Shown here: positions 9,106 to 19,092 of the stretch, one piece after another
Position numbering within the stretch: position 1 is the first letter of the stretch
Layout of the letters: each line of letters starts with the position of its first letter
DNA from: Escherichia coli
GTDB lineage: Bacteria; Pseudomonadota; Gammaproteobacteria; Enterobacterales; Enterobacteriaceae
Reading direction: 5' to 3' (one strand)
Assembly (NCBI RefSeq): GCF_044324875.1
Contig: NZ_CP172185.1
Length of the DNA: 64,000 nt
Translations under genes and position numbers: made by a program
Notes under the pieces: model-generated
Seen by the model: the letters and a program-made list of their open reading frames with translations, nothing else
Databases searched by the model: none
Told to the model about the DNA's origin: nothing

Positions 9106-9870
9106 TCAATCCAGTGTGATTTCTGCAGCCAGTTCTTCTGAGTCTGCATTTGCTATTTTGCTACGTAAGACTGCAACATAAATTACGGCAGGTATTGTAA
9201 CCCTGTAGGCTGTACCACCAACATCCACAAGAGTCCAGATTGCGGTAATCGCCCATCCTACAGGACCAGTTAATACAGCCATTGTTCTGGTCAAAATAGT
9301 ATTACCGGCAAAACTTAATCCTCTTCCGATTAAAGCTTTTAAAATAGCATTAGCCATAATTAATGTAAGCTGATACGATTTGAATCCACCTGCTTTAAAT
9401 ATGAACTGGAATGTTGAAACAAGTGCTTTCGGTGTAAGCCCATCGAGTTTTTTTACACCAATCTCTCGCGCAAATTCTTTCAGTTCATCATCACTCATTT
9501 TTTCAAATGCATCATTGAGTATTTTCAACATGAGGCATTGTTCTATATTTTCAATTGTGCTATTTTTGTTATAGTTAACTTTTAGTTTATCACAAACATC
9601 GGTAAGCACCTCTCTGTATTTAACACCTCGTCCTCCTCTGAGAAGTGTCGCAAAAGTATTACCGCCAAAGCATTGAATTTCAGCTGCAATTTCTCGCCAG
9701 TACTTACTGTGCTGAGGATTATATCTTTTGTAATATTCATTTCCAGAAAGTTCTTCAGTAAAGCGTTTCTTTCCGTCCTTATCATATATTAAGCAATCAA
9801 CCAAATCATTCAGTTCTGCATCAGAACATTTTGATAAAAACTCAAGGTCTTCATCATAACGATATGCCAT
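9106..9870 (-). CDS. YaaW-like protein (DUF3944 N-terminus plus UPF0174-type membrane-associated C-terminus)
   Basis: MAYRYDEDLEFLSKCSDAELNDLVD... N-terminus and ...GPVGWAITAIWTLVDVGGTAYRVTIPAV C-terminus resemble E. coli YaaW (memory). Confidence 0.6.
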   Translation of the reverse strand: MAYRYDEDLEFLSKCSDAELNDLVDCLIYDKDGKKRFTEELSGNEYYKRYNPQHSKYWREIAAEIQCFGGNTFATLLRGGRGVKYREVLTDVCDKLKVNYNKNSTIENIEQCLMLKILNDAFEKMSDDELKEFAREIGVKKLDGLTPKALVSTFQFIFKAGGFKSYQLTLIMANAILKALIGRGLSFAGNTILTRTMAVLTGPVGWAITAIWTLVDVGGTAYRVTIPAVIYVAVLRSKIANADSEELAAEITLD

Positions 9871-11051
9871 AAAATTTCCTATTTAAAGGTCAGGTGTTAA
9901 TGCTGACATGCGATTTTGAGACGTATAAATAGTCCTTGTCTATTATATTCTTATCAATTTTATTTTCAATGTTTTTATCTTCTTTTTATACACTCTTAAA
10001 AAGAACCGATTTTATTACCTGAGCATGTAATGTAAAAGTATATGTGTGATGATTAAAGTTTTTATCCTTATTTTTCCTGTAAGGACGAGCTTTCCGTGGT
10101 TGCTGTTCTCGTATGTATGCGGGGTATTACTTTCACTAATGGTTAAAATTCTTTCCTTCCGGTTAAAGCATTCATGTGTTTGTATTTTTCTTTGCTATTT
10201 GTTTTTTAGTACAGAATTTAATTAGTGTGGTTGTGATTTTTGTTGATATCACCACGCGCATTTTATATGAAATAGCCACATAACTTTCAACAAAATATAA
10301 AAATAAAATTATGCTATAGTAAACAACAGATTTTTATGTTTATGAAAGATGACCACTTTTTTAATTTGACTGAATTTTTTAAGATGCTTTTGAGTTGTGA
10401 AATATATTTTTCTTTATTGCTTTTTGGAATGTTGACGGGGCGTAGTTATGATTAATATAACAGAAGTTTCAGGAACGCTTTTTTCTTTTAAATGCCTGCG
10501 CATGACTTGTTCAATAATGTGTTTTCATCATATTTTTTTGGCATCAATACAATAATTAAAGATATAACGTTAAAATATTATTTATTGGCTTTTCCTGATG
10601 GAGTAAAAACAAATGTAACAACTAACTGCATGATAAATAAGTAGAATGGTCAGTATCATGTATATTATTTGGGTATAAGTGGTATTTGTAAAGAATCAGT
10701 TGTGTTACTCCGGAATATATCTCTTTGAGAGAGCAGAAGTGAAACAGATATTCTCTTGAAAGTATTGCATTATCGTTACCGTTTTTATATCAGAGGCTGA
10801 AAATACGTATTTTTATAAACAGGGTGGAGGCATTTTTGTGTTATGTATGGATTTTCAAACCGGGTGAATCATCCAGACAGGTAATAATATAATAAGAAAT
10901 GTTGCTGCCAGGCTAAAACAGGAACGTGTACTTCTGTGAAAATGTTGATGCGAAGCTACCATTATTTGGGGTAGGGTATCTTCGCTCATCAGATGATATT
11001 GAATATGGTCGCCTGAAATCAGAAATTAAAAAATACAAATGGTAGTTAACT

Positions 11052-11078
11052 CCCCACCAACCGCTGTGGTTGGTGGGG
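11052..11078 (-). terminator. 11-bp GC-rich stem-loop 10 nt downstream of the integrase stop
   Basis: CCCCACCAACC-gctgt-GGTTGGTGGGG. There is no immediate U-tract on the minus strand, so the terminator call is tentative. Confidence 0.35.
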
Positions 11079-11087
11079 GGGGATGGC

Positions 11088-12281
11088 TTATTTCGTTTGT
11101 ACGTTTTTCTCCATAAGTGAATCAATGTAATCAGCGTACCACTGCATCATTTCACGACGTCCATCGAGATACAGGGCATGATTATAGGTACCCCTGATGG
11201 AGTTTTTATCCACATGCGCTAACTGCATTTCAATCCAGGCAGAATTAAAGCCCTGTTCGTGCAGAATTGTGCTCATTGTGTGACGAAAACCATGGCCGGT
11301 TGCTCTGCCATCGTAACCGATGCGTTTTAGTACCATATTGATGCTGGCTTCACTCATCGGTTTGTTAACATCGCAACGTCCGGGGAATATAAGGCGATAC
11401 TGCCCGGTAAAACGATGCAATTCCTGCAGCAGTGAAATGGCCTGGCGTGACAGAGGAACAATATGATGCCTGCGCATTTTCATTCGCTCTTCAGGGATAT
11501 GCCAGAGTGCGTTGTCAGAATCAATTTCTGACCATTCGGCCAGCCGCAATTCAATCGTTCTGAGTCCGGTCAGCATCAGCAGGCTCGTCGCCATACGGGT
11601 GACAGGACTGCCATGATAGTCAGCGAGCTTCCGGAGAAAAACAGGAAGTTCATCCGCTCTCAGATGGGGAAAATGTGCGGTTTTTGGTGCCGCCAGCGTA
11701 CTGGTCAGTTCTGATGCAGGATTGACAGTGGCACGTCCTGTGGCAATGGCATAACGGAAAATCTGATTGCAGTATTGACGGACCTTGCGTAATTTTTCCA
11801 GAGAGCCACGTTTTTCAATACGACGCAAAATCTCCAGCATTTCCAGCGGGAGGATATCAGTCACGCTCCGGTTGCTCAGATACGGGAAAACGTCTTTATC
11901 CAGCGCTTCCAGTACGCTTCTGGCGTAACTGTCAGACCATGATAAAGATTTATGATGATGCCATTCCATTGCGAGAGCATGAAAGGTGTTGGTGACAGAG
12001 ATTTTCTGAGAGAGTTTTTCCCTTCGCTTCTTTTCACCGGGATCTCCACCCTCGGATATAATTTTTCGTGCATCGTCGCGTCTGGTTCTGGCTTCAGCAA
12101 GGGAGACGTCAGGATAGACGCCGAGGGACAGTTTTTTCTCCTTTCCTGCTGTTCTGTACTTAAGGCGCCAGTAGCGTGCTCCCGTGGTTTTTACCAGCAG
12201 ATATAAACCACGTTCATCAGAAAGTTTATAATCTTTGTCTTTAGGTCTTGCCGTTTCGACCTGTCTGGCTGTAAGTGCCAT
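11088..12281 (-). CDS. P4-type tyrosine integrase (DUF4102 N-terminus)
   Basis: MALTARQVETARPKDKDYKLSDERGLYLLVKTTGARYWRLKY..., HGFRHT (HxxR) and ...IRGTYNHA (catalytic Tyr). Adjacent to the tRNA-Phe fragment. Start chosen at ATG 12281 rather than the upstream Met at 12311. Confidence 0.9.
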   Translation of the reverse strand: MALTARQVETARPKDKDYKLSDERGLYLLVKTTGARYWRLKYRTAGKEKKLSLGVYPDVSLAEARTRRDDARKIISEGGDPGEKKRREKLSQKISVTNTFHALAMEWHHHKSLSWSDSYARSVLEALDKDVFPYLSNRSVTDILPLEMLEILRRIEKRGSLEKLRKVRQYCNQIFRYAIATGRATVNPASELTSTLAAPKTAHFPHLRADELPVFLRKLADYHGSPVTRMATSLLMLTGLRTIELRLAEWSEIDSDNALWHIPEERMKMRRHHIVPLSRQAISLLQELHRFTGQYRLIFPGRCDVNKPMSEASINMVLKRIGYDGRATGHGFRHTMSTILHEQGFNSAWIEMQLAHVDKNSIRGTYNHALYLDGRREMMQWYADYIDSLMEKNVQTK

Positions 12282-12457
12282 ATGGGGGCCCCTTAAACTG
12301 ACCGAACACAATGAGCCCCCAAATGTGCCCCCATTTAATGCTTGATTCAGGGGGTGTTCAATAGAATTCGGTGGAGTTCAAAATGTCCGGAACGATTATA
12401 AATCAGTGATTATACATGAATTTCGTGGAGTGCGGGGGATGTGTGTAGAAGTGAAGG

Positions 12458-12511
12458 TGGTGCCCTGACTCGGAATCGAACCAAGGAAACGGGGATTTTC
12501 AATCCCCGTGC
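12458..12511 (-). other. 3' fragment of tRNA-Phe (anticodon arm to CCA), an att-type direct-repeat remnant
   Basis: The reverse complement reads GCACGGGGATTGAAAATCCCCGTTTCCTTGGTTCGATTCCGAGTCAGGGCACCA (GAA anticodon loop, T-arm, acceptor 3' strand, CCA). No complementary 5' acceptor strand or D-arm exists upstream. Two differences from the E. coli tRNA-Phe I remember. Confidence 0.8.
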
Positions 12512-12558
12512 CATAATTGGCTGTGTCAGTTGGTTACACACCATTGAGGTGTGTACTA

Positions 12559-13437
12559 ATGAAAATACTGCCCGTTGTCTCCACAAAAGGTGGCGAAGGT
12601 AAATCAACACAATCCGCAAACCTGGCTGGTTTTCTCGCCGATGCAGGTATCCGTACCCTGCTGATTGACGGAGATCATGCTCAGCCCACGGCAAGCAACA
12701 TCTTTCCGCTGACATATGAAGCGTCAGCCGGTCTTTTTGAGTTGCTGATGCGCACGGCTGACCTCAGTCATCCCGATAACATCATTTCCCGCACGGCTAT
12801 CGACGGACTCGATCTGATAGTCTCCAATGACCCTCATGAGCAGTTAAAAACTGCGATGCTTCACGCCCCGGATGGTCGTCTGCGCCTCCGGAATGTCCTG
12901 CAGCATCCGCTTTTTCTGAACAACTACGATGTCATTGTAGTTGATTCTCAGGGAGCACGTTCTGTCATGCTCGAAATGATTGTGCTGTCGGCCACTGATT
13001 CGGTTGTCGGGATGGTCAATCCGGTACTCCCTGATGTGCGCGAGTTTATTCGGGGCACTGTCAATGTTATGGAGAACCTGCTGCCTTACCGGGAGCTGGG
13101 GATACCCCTGCCGAAAGTACGCACGCTGGTTAACTGCATGGATTATACGGCACTGGCCAGGAAGACGCTGGATGAGCTGGCCGGAATTATTCAGACCGGT
13201 CGTTACAGCAGACAGTTACCTGAAGGTGCGGTTTCCCTTCTTTCCACACAGATTTACGACCTGAATATTTACAAGCAGGGGCATGCGGCTGGTCAACCCG
13301 TACATCGTCTCGAAAAAGAATCCACACGTCGCAGTGATTCCGCGCTTGTCACGATGCACAGCCTGGCCTGTGAACTCTTTCCTGAGTGGAAACAGGCGTT
13401 TGACGGGCTGCTGGCGAACGGGGGAATACGTCAGTGA
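12559..13437 (+). CDS. parA: ParA/Soj-type partition ATPase
   Basis: MKILPVVSTKGGEGKSTQSANLA (deviant Walker A). Start only 47 bp from the tRNA fragment. Confidence 0.9.
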   Translation: MKILPVVSTKGGEGKSTQSANLAGFLADAGIRTLLIDGDHAQPTASNIFPLTYEASAGLFELLMRTADLSHPDNIISRTAIDGLDLIVSNDPHEQLKTAMLHAPDGRLRLRNVLQHPLFLNNYDVIVVDSQGARSVMLEMIVLSATDSVVGMVNPVLPDVREFIRGTVNVMENLLPYRELGIPLPKVRTLVNCMDYTALARKTLDELAGIIQTGRYSRQLPEGAVSLLSTQIYDLNIYKQGHAAGQPVHRLEKESTRRSDSALVTMHSLACELFPEWKQAFDGLLANGGIRQ

Positions 13438-13525
13438 TTCAGGTTAAGCGAGAACCATGCAGCTCCGTTACCCTGGCTTATGGACGTTATCAATACCGGA
13501 CAATATGACGAGAAGGATTAACCCT

Positions 13526-14020
13526 ATGAATAACAGCAGCAATACCACAACCCGTAATACGCTTTCACCCGTTGAGTCAGCCTGTCATGCCTTACTGGAT
13601 TTTATTGCCCGGGAAGTTTTTGAGAATAAAGCACCGGAAGAGGACGTCAGGGAACGTTGCAAAGTATTTACAGCGCTGCTTAACGAAGGATTTAAAGCCC
13701 TGCTTGATGAGGCAGGGCTGAATCTGTCAAACCTTCGTAAACAGTGTGAGGAACTGGAATCTCAGATAACCAGACTTGATTCTCAGTCCGATGCTATTTG
13801 TCGCAGAGGTGCTCAAATTGAACGCTTCATTGGTCACCATTTACCTTTTTTCGATTTGAACAAAGTTTTTGATACTGCCAGTCAGTCATGTGAACCAGCG
13901 CCTTCTCCGGCTCAGTCGGCTGTGTCCAGTAGTCAGCCCAGTAATCTGTCAGAGCAAGGGACATCTCAGCGGGTGTCATCTGTTCAACCGTTGCAGGGAG
14001 CCAGTGATGTTGATGAATAA
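13526..14020 (+). CDS. Hypothetical coiled-coil protein with a low-complexity S/Q/P tail
   Basis: AGAAGGA 8 nt upstream of ATG 13526. Its 3' end overlaps the convergent ORF 13827-14240. Confidence 0.5.
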   Translation: MNNSSNTTTRNTLSPVESACHALLDFIAREVFENKAPEEDVRERCKVFTALLNEGFKALLDEAGLNLSNLRKQCEELESQITRLDSQSDAICRRGAQIERFIGHHLPFFDLNKVFDTASQSCEPAPSPAQSAVSSSQPSNLSEQGTSQRVSSVQPLQGASDVDE

Positions 14021-14240
14021 GAGCAAACTTAACGGCTTGTTGAACGCTGATACTGTTATCGTCCAGAAAAAACCAGCGGCGGCTGTTAATCAGCCAGTGT
14101 CCGAGCCAGCAAAGTCGGTAAGCGAGCTTCCGGTCAGCTCCGGGAAAGATTTCTGTTCCCTGGTCAAAGAAGGTTTTGCACCGTTCCACATCGTCGGTGC
14201 TCATACCTCCGACTTTCCAGTTTTCATAATATTTTGCCAT
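13827..14240 (-). CDS. Hypothetical Trp-rich protein, antisense to the backbone operon
   Basis: GAGGA 7 nt upstream of ATG 14240 (MAKYYENWKVGG...). Globular-looking sequence. Upstream Mets at 14303 and 14378 are alternative starts. Confidence 0.5.
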   Translation of the reverse strand: MAKYYENWKVGGMSTDDVERCKTFFDQGTEIFPGADRKLAYRLCWLGHWLINSRRWFFLDDNSISVQQAVKFALIHQHHWLPATVEQMTPAEMSLALTDYWADYWTQPTEPEKALVHMTDWQYQKLCSNRKKVNGDQ

Positions 14241-14511
14241 GTTGCCATCCTCATCATGGTTGTTATCAATGCCGGACGGCAGTTGCTGATGATTTGTGTT
14301 CATAAGGTATTTCTCTTCGTAAACATGTTGATTATGAGCGCAAATATGCTGTACGTACCTTCTGACCGGGGTCGGCAAACTTACCGGTCGGAAAATGTAC
14401 AGAAAGTTATGGGCCTTTTATGCCCTGCAACTGTTCGTCCGGCACCCGTTTTCGTTTTTTTGCATGGTGGGTTTGCTGTGAAACAGGCTCCGTTTGCCCG
14501 GGAGGTGGCGT

Positions 14512-15900
14512 ATGTCTGAACGCTATATTCCACGCTCCGTTGATGCAGAGCAGGCCGTGCTGGGCGGCCTGATGCTCGATAATGAACGCTGGGATGAGGT
14601 GGTACTGATGCTCCGGGGGGAGGATTTTTCTCTGGCCGCACACCGGGTGATATTCCGCACCATGTCAGAGCTGGCAACCAGCGGTCAGCCGTTCGACCTC
14701 ATCACGCTGAGTGAGCATATTGAGAAAACAAACAATATTGAGGCACTGGGTGGTTTCGCTTATCTGGCTGAACTCAGCAAAAATACGCCTTCTGCAGCCA
14801 ATATTATCGCTTATGCCCGTATTGTTGCTGAAAAGAGCATGCTGCGTCAGTTGCAGGAGACGGGGAATGCGCTGATTACGGATGTGGCCGCACCGGATGC
14901 GACACCACGCACTGTTCTTGAATCCGCTGAACGTCGGCTCTTTTCACTTTCACAGACTGGCATGTTGCATGAGCGATGTGAAGTCAGTCTCACCTCGGCT
15001 ATGGAGCTGGCGCTGCGTCAACTGGAAGAGGGACTGAACGCCGGCGGGATGACGGGCACGCCCACGGGATTTGATGAACTGGATGAGATGACCTGTGGTC
15101 TGCAGCCCGGCGACCTCATTCTTCTGGCTGCACGCCCGTCTATGGGGAAAACAGCGCTGGGCCTTACCTTCTGTCTTAATGCCCTGTGTAACCGGACCGA
15201 TGAAACGGTATTTCTTTTCAGTATCGAAATGTCCCGGGAGCAGCTGATTCTGCGTGTCCTGTCAATGCTCTCCAGGGTGGAGCTGACACGTCTTCGCAGC
15301 AGCATGATGGATGATGAAGAGTGGGCGAGAGTCACGGCAACCATGGGACGCTTCATGAATGAAGCGTCATTCATCGGAGATGGAAACCGCCTGATAATTG
15401 ATGACACCTCCTTCCAGACGCCGTCATCGCTGCGTGCCAGCGCCCGTCGTTATGTCCGTCTGTATGGCAGACCTTCCCTGATAATGGTTGATTACCTCCA
15501 GCTGATTCGTTCTCCGGACCAGGAGAACCGAACGCAGGAAATTGCGGAAATATCCCGCGCCCTTAAGGCGTTAGGTAAAGAGCTGGGATGCCCGGTACTG
15601 GCACTGTCTCAGCTTAACCGTCAGGTGGAGCAGCGGGCGGATAAGCGCCCCAATAACGGTGACCTGCGTGATTCCGGGGCGCTGGAGCAGGATGCTGACC
15701 TCATTATGTTTATTTACCGTGATGAGGTTTATAACTCTGGCACGCTGGATAAGGGCGTTGCTGAAATCATTGTGAGCAAACAGCGGCAGGGGCCAACCGG
15801 AACGATACGGGTGAACTTCGACGGCCGCTACACCCTGTTTTCACCGTTTGAACGTGGATGGAATTTTGACCGTGCCGGAGGAAATGCGTATGTCAATTAA
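14512..15900 (+). CDS. dnaB: Replicative DNA helicase DnaB
   Basis: PRSVDAEQAVLGGLMLD N-terminus, Walker A ARPSMGKTA, IMVDYLQL, SQLNR, RDSGALEQDADL. Confidence 0.92.
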   Translation: MSERYIPRSVDAEQAVLGGLMLDNERWDEVVLMLRGEDFSLAAHRVIFRTMSELATSGQPFDLITLSEHIEKTNNIEALGGFAYLAELSKNTPSAANIIAYARIVAEKSMLRQLQETGNALITDVAAPDATPRTVLESAERRLFSLSQTGMLHERCEVSLTSAMELALRQLEEGLNAGGMTGTPTGFDELDEMTCGLQPGDLILLAARPSMGKTALGLTFCLNALCNRTDETVFLFSIEMSREQLILRVLSMLSRVELTRLRSSMMDDEEWARVTATMGRFMNEASFIGDGNRLIIDDTSFQTPSSLRASARRYVRLYGRPSLIMVDYLQLIRSPDQENRTQEIAEISRALKALGKELGCPVLALSQLNRQVEQRADKRPNNGDLRDSGALEQDADLIMFIYRDEVYNSGTLDKGVAEIIVSKQRQGPTGTIRVNFDGRYTLFSPFERGWNFDRAGGNAYVN

Positions 15901-17539
15901 ACGAAATCATTCCGTTGATCTGGGAGCTGCCATCATGCAACCGGGCCGTCAGACCAGCACGACGGGTAACGTGGTGGCGCTGGGGGAAACACCGATGATT
16001 CTGACGCTGGATCAACTGCGCCCCAACCCGGATAACCCGAGGACCACGCGTAATCCCCGGTACGACGATATTAAAAGTTCAATTTTCTCCCGTGGACTGG
16101 ATACGGTGCCCAAAGTCACCCGGATACCTGAGAGTGAGCCGGATATCTATATTTTCAGCGATGGTGGTAACACGCGATATCAGATCCTGAAAGAGCTGTG
16201 GGAGGAGACCGGCGATCAGCGTTTCTATCGTATTCATGTGCTTTTCAAGCCATGGCCGGGACGGCTTCAGTGCGTCATTGGTCACCTGGCTGAGAATGAA
16301 GTCAGGGGCGAACTGACGTTTATTGAAAAGGCCCGGGGTATCCATAACGCCCGGATGATTTATGAGGAGTCGATGCAGCGAACCGTGACGATCAGGGAAC
16401 TGGCGTCACTGCTGACGGATGAAGGACTTCCGGTAAGCCACTCATCTGTCAGCAGGATGGAGCATACTCTGAAATATCTGTATCCGTGGATCCCCGATCT
16501 TCTGGAATCAGGATTAGGAAGACCGCAGATCAATTCACTGTTGTCTCTCCGGCAGGATGCGGAACGCATCTGGGGACAGTTTGCGGTGGCAACAGAGAAC
16601 GGGGCGGATTTTGACCGCGTGTTTGGTGAATGCTGCAGCAAATTCAATTCACCGGAGCTCTGGTCACTGGAGATGTTCCGGGATGAGCTGATTGGTGATC
16701 TGCTGAAAGCGTTACCACATCCGGTGCTGGATTATGACCGCTGGTTGCTTGAACTGGATCCGCGGGAGCGTAACCGACGTCACCATTTTGGCGAACCTGA
16801 GCCGGTGCTCATTCCCGCAGACAGTGATGCGATGCCAGAGCCTGCGACTGACGGTGTGTCGGCAGTGACGGCGGAGAAGAACAGCGGAAGGGAGCAGTCT
16901 GTGATTTCCGCACCGGCTGACCATGACACAGTCATGAATACGGAGCAATCCCCGGCTGGAAAGGCGGAGAGTTCAGTTATCGAACAACGCGAAGAACGCC
17001 GTAGAAAGGAAGTCCAGCCGGATATGTATGGTGGTGAAGAAACATACAGCGGCGATTACGAAGAGGATGGCGATACCCGTGATGCTGCGGATCTGCCGGT
17101 AACGTCACCGGAAGAGGGGGCTCAGCAGAGCAGCGGTGAAATATTCAGTGAGCCGGTATTCAGTGTTGGTGAACTGGATGATATCGAATATCTGCAGAAT
17201 GAGGCATTTCACCTGGCATGGGAGCTGGCGTCACACACAGGCTGTGTCGATGAGCTGGCTATGGACAGGGAAAGCGAACTGTCTGCGGGATTCGGCGCGG
17301 CAGAGGCGAATTGTTCTCCGGTCATGGCATTTCTTGTCAGGCTGACCGGTGAGGAGGTTCTGCGGGTTAATCCGGTTTCTCTTGATGCACTGATGATTGG
17401 TGGCAGTACTGAAGAAGAGCCACCACTGCTGGATGATGAGCATGCCGGGAAGTTACTCCGTCTGCTTGGGGTGTTGCGTCGTCTGCGGGGGCTGCAGCGC
17501 CAGGTGGAAGAAGAGAACGTGGAGGGGCGTGATGAATAA
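15890..17539 (+). CDS. ParB N-terminal-domain protein (ICE PFGI-1-class ParB-like) with an acidic C-terminal half
   Basis: LDQLRPNPDNPR...FSDGGNTRYQIL motif. The start overlaps the dnaB stop. Confidence 0.8.
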   Translation: MSIKRNHSVDLGAAIMQPGRQTSTTGNVVALGETPMILTLDQLRPNPDNPRTTRNPRYDDIKSSIFSRGLDTVPKVTRIPESEPDIYIFSDGGNTRYQILKELWEETGDQRFYRIHVLFKPWPGRLQCVIGHLAENEVRGELTFIEKARGIHNARMIYEESMQRTVTIRELASLLTDEGLPVSHSSVSRMEHTLKYLYPWIPDLLESGLGRPQINSLLSLRQDAERIWGQFAVATENGADFDRVFGECCSKFNSPELWSLEMFRDELIGDLLKALPHPVLDYDRWLLELDPRERNRRHHFGEPEPVLIPADSDAMPEPATDGVSAVTAEKNSGREQSVISAPADHDTVMNTEQSPAGKAESSVIEQREERRRKEVQPDMYGGEETYSGDYEEDGDTRDAADLPVTSPEEGAQQSSGEIFSEPVFSVGELDDIEYLQNEAFHLAWELASHTGCVDELAMDRESELSAGFGAAEANCSPVMAFLVRLTGEEVLRVNPVSLDALMIGGSTEEEPPLLDDEHAGKLLRLLGVLRRLRGLQRQVEEENVEGRDE

Positions 17540-18263
17540 TGATGCAGCACGTCAGGAGCAACTGATTAAACGGATAAGAAAACTGCTGGCGCTGAGCCGG
17601 AATAACAGTAATCCACATGAGGCAGGTCAGGCTCTTTCCCGCGCACAGGCGCTGATGCGGAAGCATGGTATCACCGAACTGGATGCTGATATTTCGGTGA
17701 TAAAAACCTCATCATCAAAGGGAGCACCGTCAGAAGCGGAAAAAGTTCCGGTATGGATGGGGCGTCTTATGAATGTTGTTGCAGGGGCATTCGGATGCCA
17801 TACATACCTGGACTGGCGTATCACAACCGGAGGATACTGGCGGCGGATTGTCACATTTTATGGTTTTGGGGAGCGTCCGGTTGTGGCTGCGTATGCCTTT
17901 GATGTTCTCTGCCGGCAGATGCAAAAGGCGACAAAAGAGTATCTCTCAACCCAGAGCCGGAAATTAAAACACTCAACCCGTCGTGCAAGAGCTGCGATGT
18001 TTCGTGACGGCTGGGTTTATGGGGTGCGTGATGTGGTGGATGCATTCCGGCTCACGGAAGATGAGACGCGTGTAATGAATACGTGGCTGCAGAACCAGCA
18101 ATTTGAGGGAATGGTCGTCTTCCGGGAGGTAAAGGACTGCCATGGCGGTGACCATGCACGCTGGCAGGGATACAACGAGGGGAAAAAGGCAACGCTGAAT
18201 CACGGTGTTGGTTCCCGGGATCTGAGACCGGAAAGCCTGATATCGGGCGGAGGTGAGGTATGA
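17532..18263 (+). CDS. DUF2786-type protein (conserved ICE/plasmid protein)
   Basis: MNNDAARQEQLIKRIRKLLALSRNNSNPHEAGQALSRAQALMRKHGI is the typical DUF2786 N-terminus (memory). The ATG overlaps the upstream stop. Confidence 0.65.
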   Translation: MNNDAARQEQLIKRIRKLLALSRNNSNPHEAGQALSRAQALMRKHGITELDADISVIKTSSSKGAPSEAEKVPVWMGRLMNVVAGAFGCHTYLDWRITTGGYWRRIVTFYGFGERPVVAAYAFDVLCRQMQKATKEYLSTQSRKLKHSTRRARAAMFRDGWVYGVRDVVDAFRLTEDETRVMNTWLQNQQFEGMVVFREVKDCHGGDHARWQGYNEGKKATLNHGVGSRDLRPESLISGGGEV

Positions 18264-18838
18264 GTAACAACTTATCACAGGCCACCAACGGGCTGTTGAT
18301 GCAACTGGTGATGGATCTCAAGAGTGGCTATCTGCGGCGATGTGAAGCGCTGGGGCTTTCCCGGGAAGAAATGCAGATGCTGCAGGGGCTGAGCATTGAA
18401 GAAATTCACTATCTGTCAAATTCAGAAGTGTCGGTGCTGCGGCTGGATATTAACCACAACAATCTTGTGCGCATGTTGCAGCAGGCGCGGACTGAACAGA
18501 AACGTCTGCAGCGAATCGATCGCGCTCTGGCGCTGGGTGGGTCTATCGAACTCATGGCGTTTTATTTTGGTCTTTCCAGCGTGGATGTGGCTGCGCGGCG
18601 TCGTATCTCCGGTATTGATGTTCGTCCCGGAAGGGGGATCACCCTGAGTGACGATGAGAATTCTGAACTCTGGCGGTTGTGGCAGAAAGCCGGGATCAAT
18701 GATGTGGAGAGTGTGGATGGGCTGGATGTCATGATGCTTTGTGCTGAACAGATGAACATTCCACTGACGGCCATCTGGCATGCCGTCAGAGGGTGGCATA
18801 CAACCGGAAATCCGGATCAGGTAAGGAGTGCGTCATGA
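18260..18838 (+). CDS. DUF2857 / STY4526-YPO1902-family island protein
   Basis: Position after parB-like/DUF2786 and the sequence style match SPI-7-family islands (memory). Translationally coupled. Confidence 0.55.
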   Translation: MSNNLSQATNGLLMQLVMDLKSGYLRRCEALGLSREEMQMLQGLSIEEIHYLSNSEVSVLRLDINHNNLVRMLQQARTEQKRLQRIDRALALGGSIELMAFYFGLSSVDVAARRRISGIDVRPGRGITLSDDENSELWRLWQKAGINDVESVDGLDVMMLCAEQMNIPLTAIWHAVRGWHTTGNPDQVRSAS

Positions 18839-19083
18839 AGATGACAGAACTGGTTCCCGGAGTGCTGACAAGTCCGGGCGTCCCTCCCACCAGTCAGCGT
18901 AAGGCGGTTGAACTGGTCAATCGCTTCCGTCGTGGAGAGCGGAATTATCATGAACTGAAGGAAAGAGGATTTGGTTATTTCAAGATTGATGTTGGTCCTG
19001 ACTGGCGGTTACTGAGCCGGAATAAAGGGCTGACCTGGGCCCTGTTGAGTCATGAACGATACAACAACATGAGACTGAAGTGA
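18835..19083 (+). CDS. Small hypothetical protein
   Basis: ATG 18835 overlaps the upstream stop. 82 aa. Confidence 0.5.
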   Translation: MKMTELVPGVLTSPGVPPTSQRKAVELVNRFRRGERNYHELKERGFGYFKIDVGPDWRLLSRNKGLTWALLSHERYNNMRLK

Positions 19084-19092
19084 GGTGGAAAG

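Noticed and set aside
12458-12540. A full-length tRNA-Phe gene
   Set aside because: Upstream of the anticodon arm the sequence (…CAACTGACACAGCCAATTATGGCAC) provides neither a 5' acceptor strand complementary to TCAGGGC nor a D-arm. Only the 3' part is present.
13869-14519. 216-aa + strand ORF spanning the parA-dnaB interval
   Set aside because: It overlaps the better-supported minus-strand ORF (good SD, globular sequence) and runs into the dnaB start. It has no RBS and a low-complexity composition.
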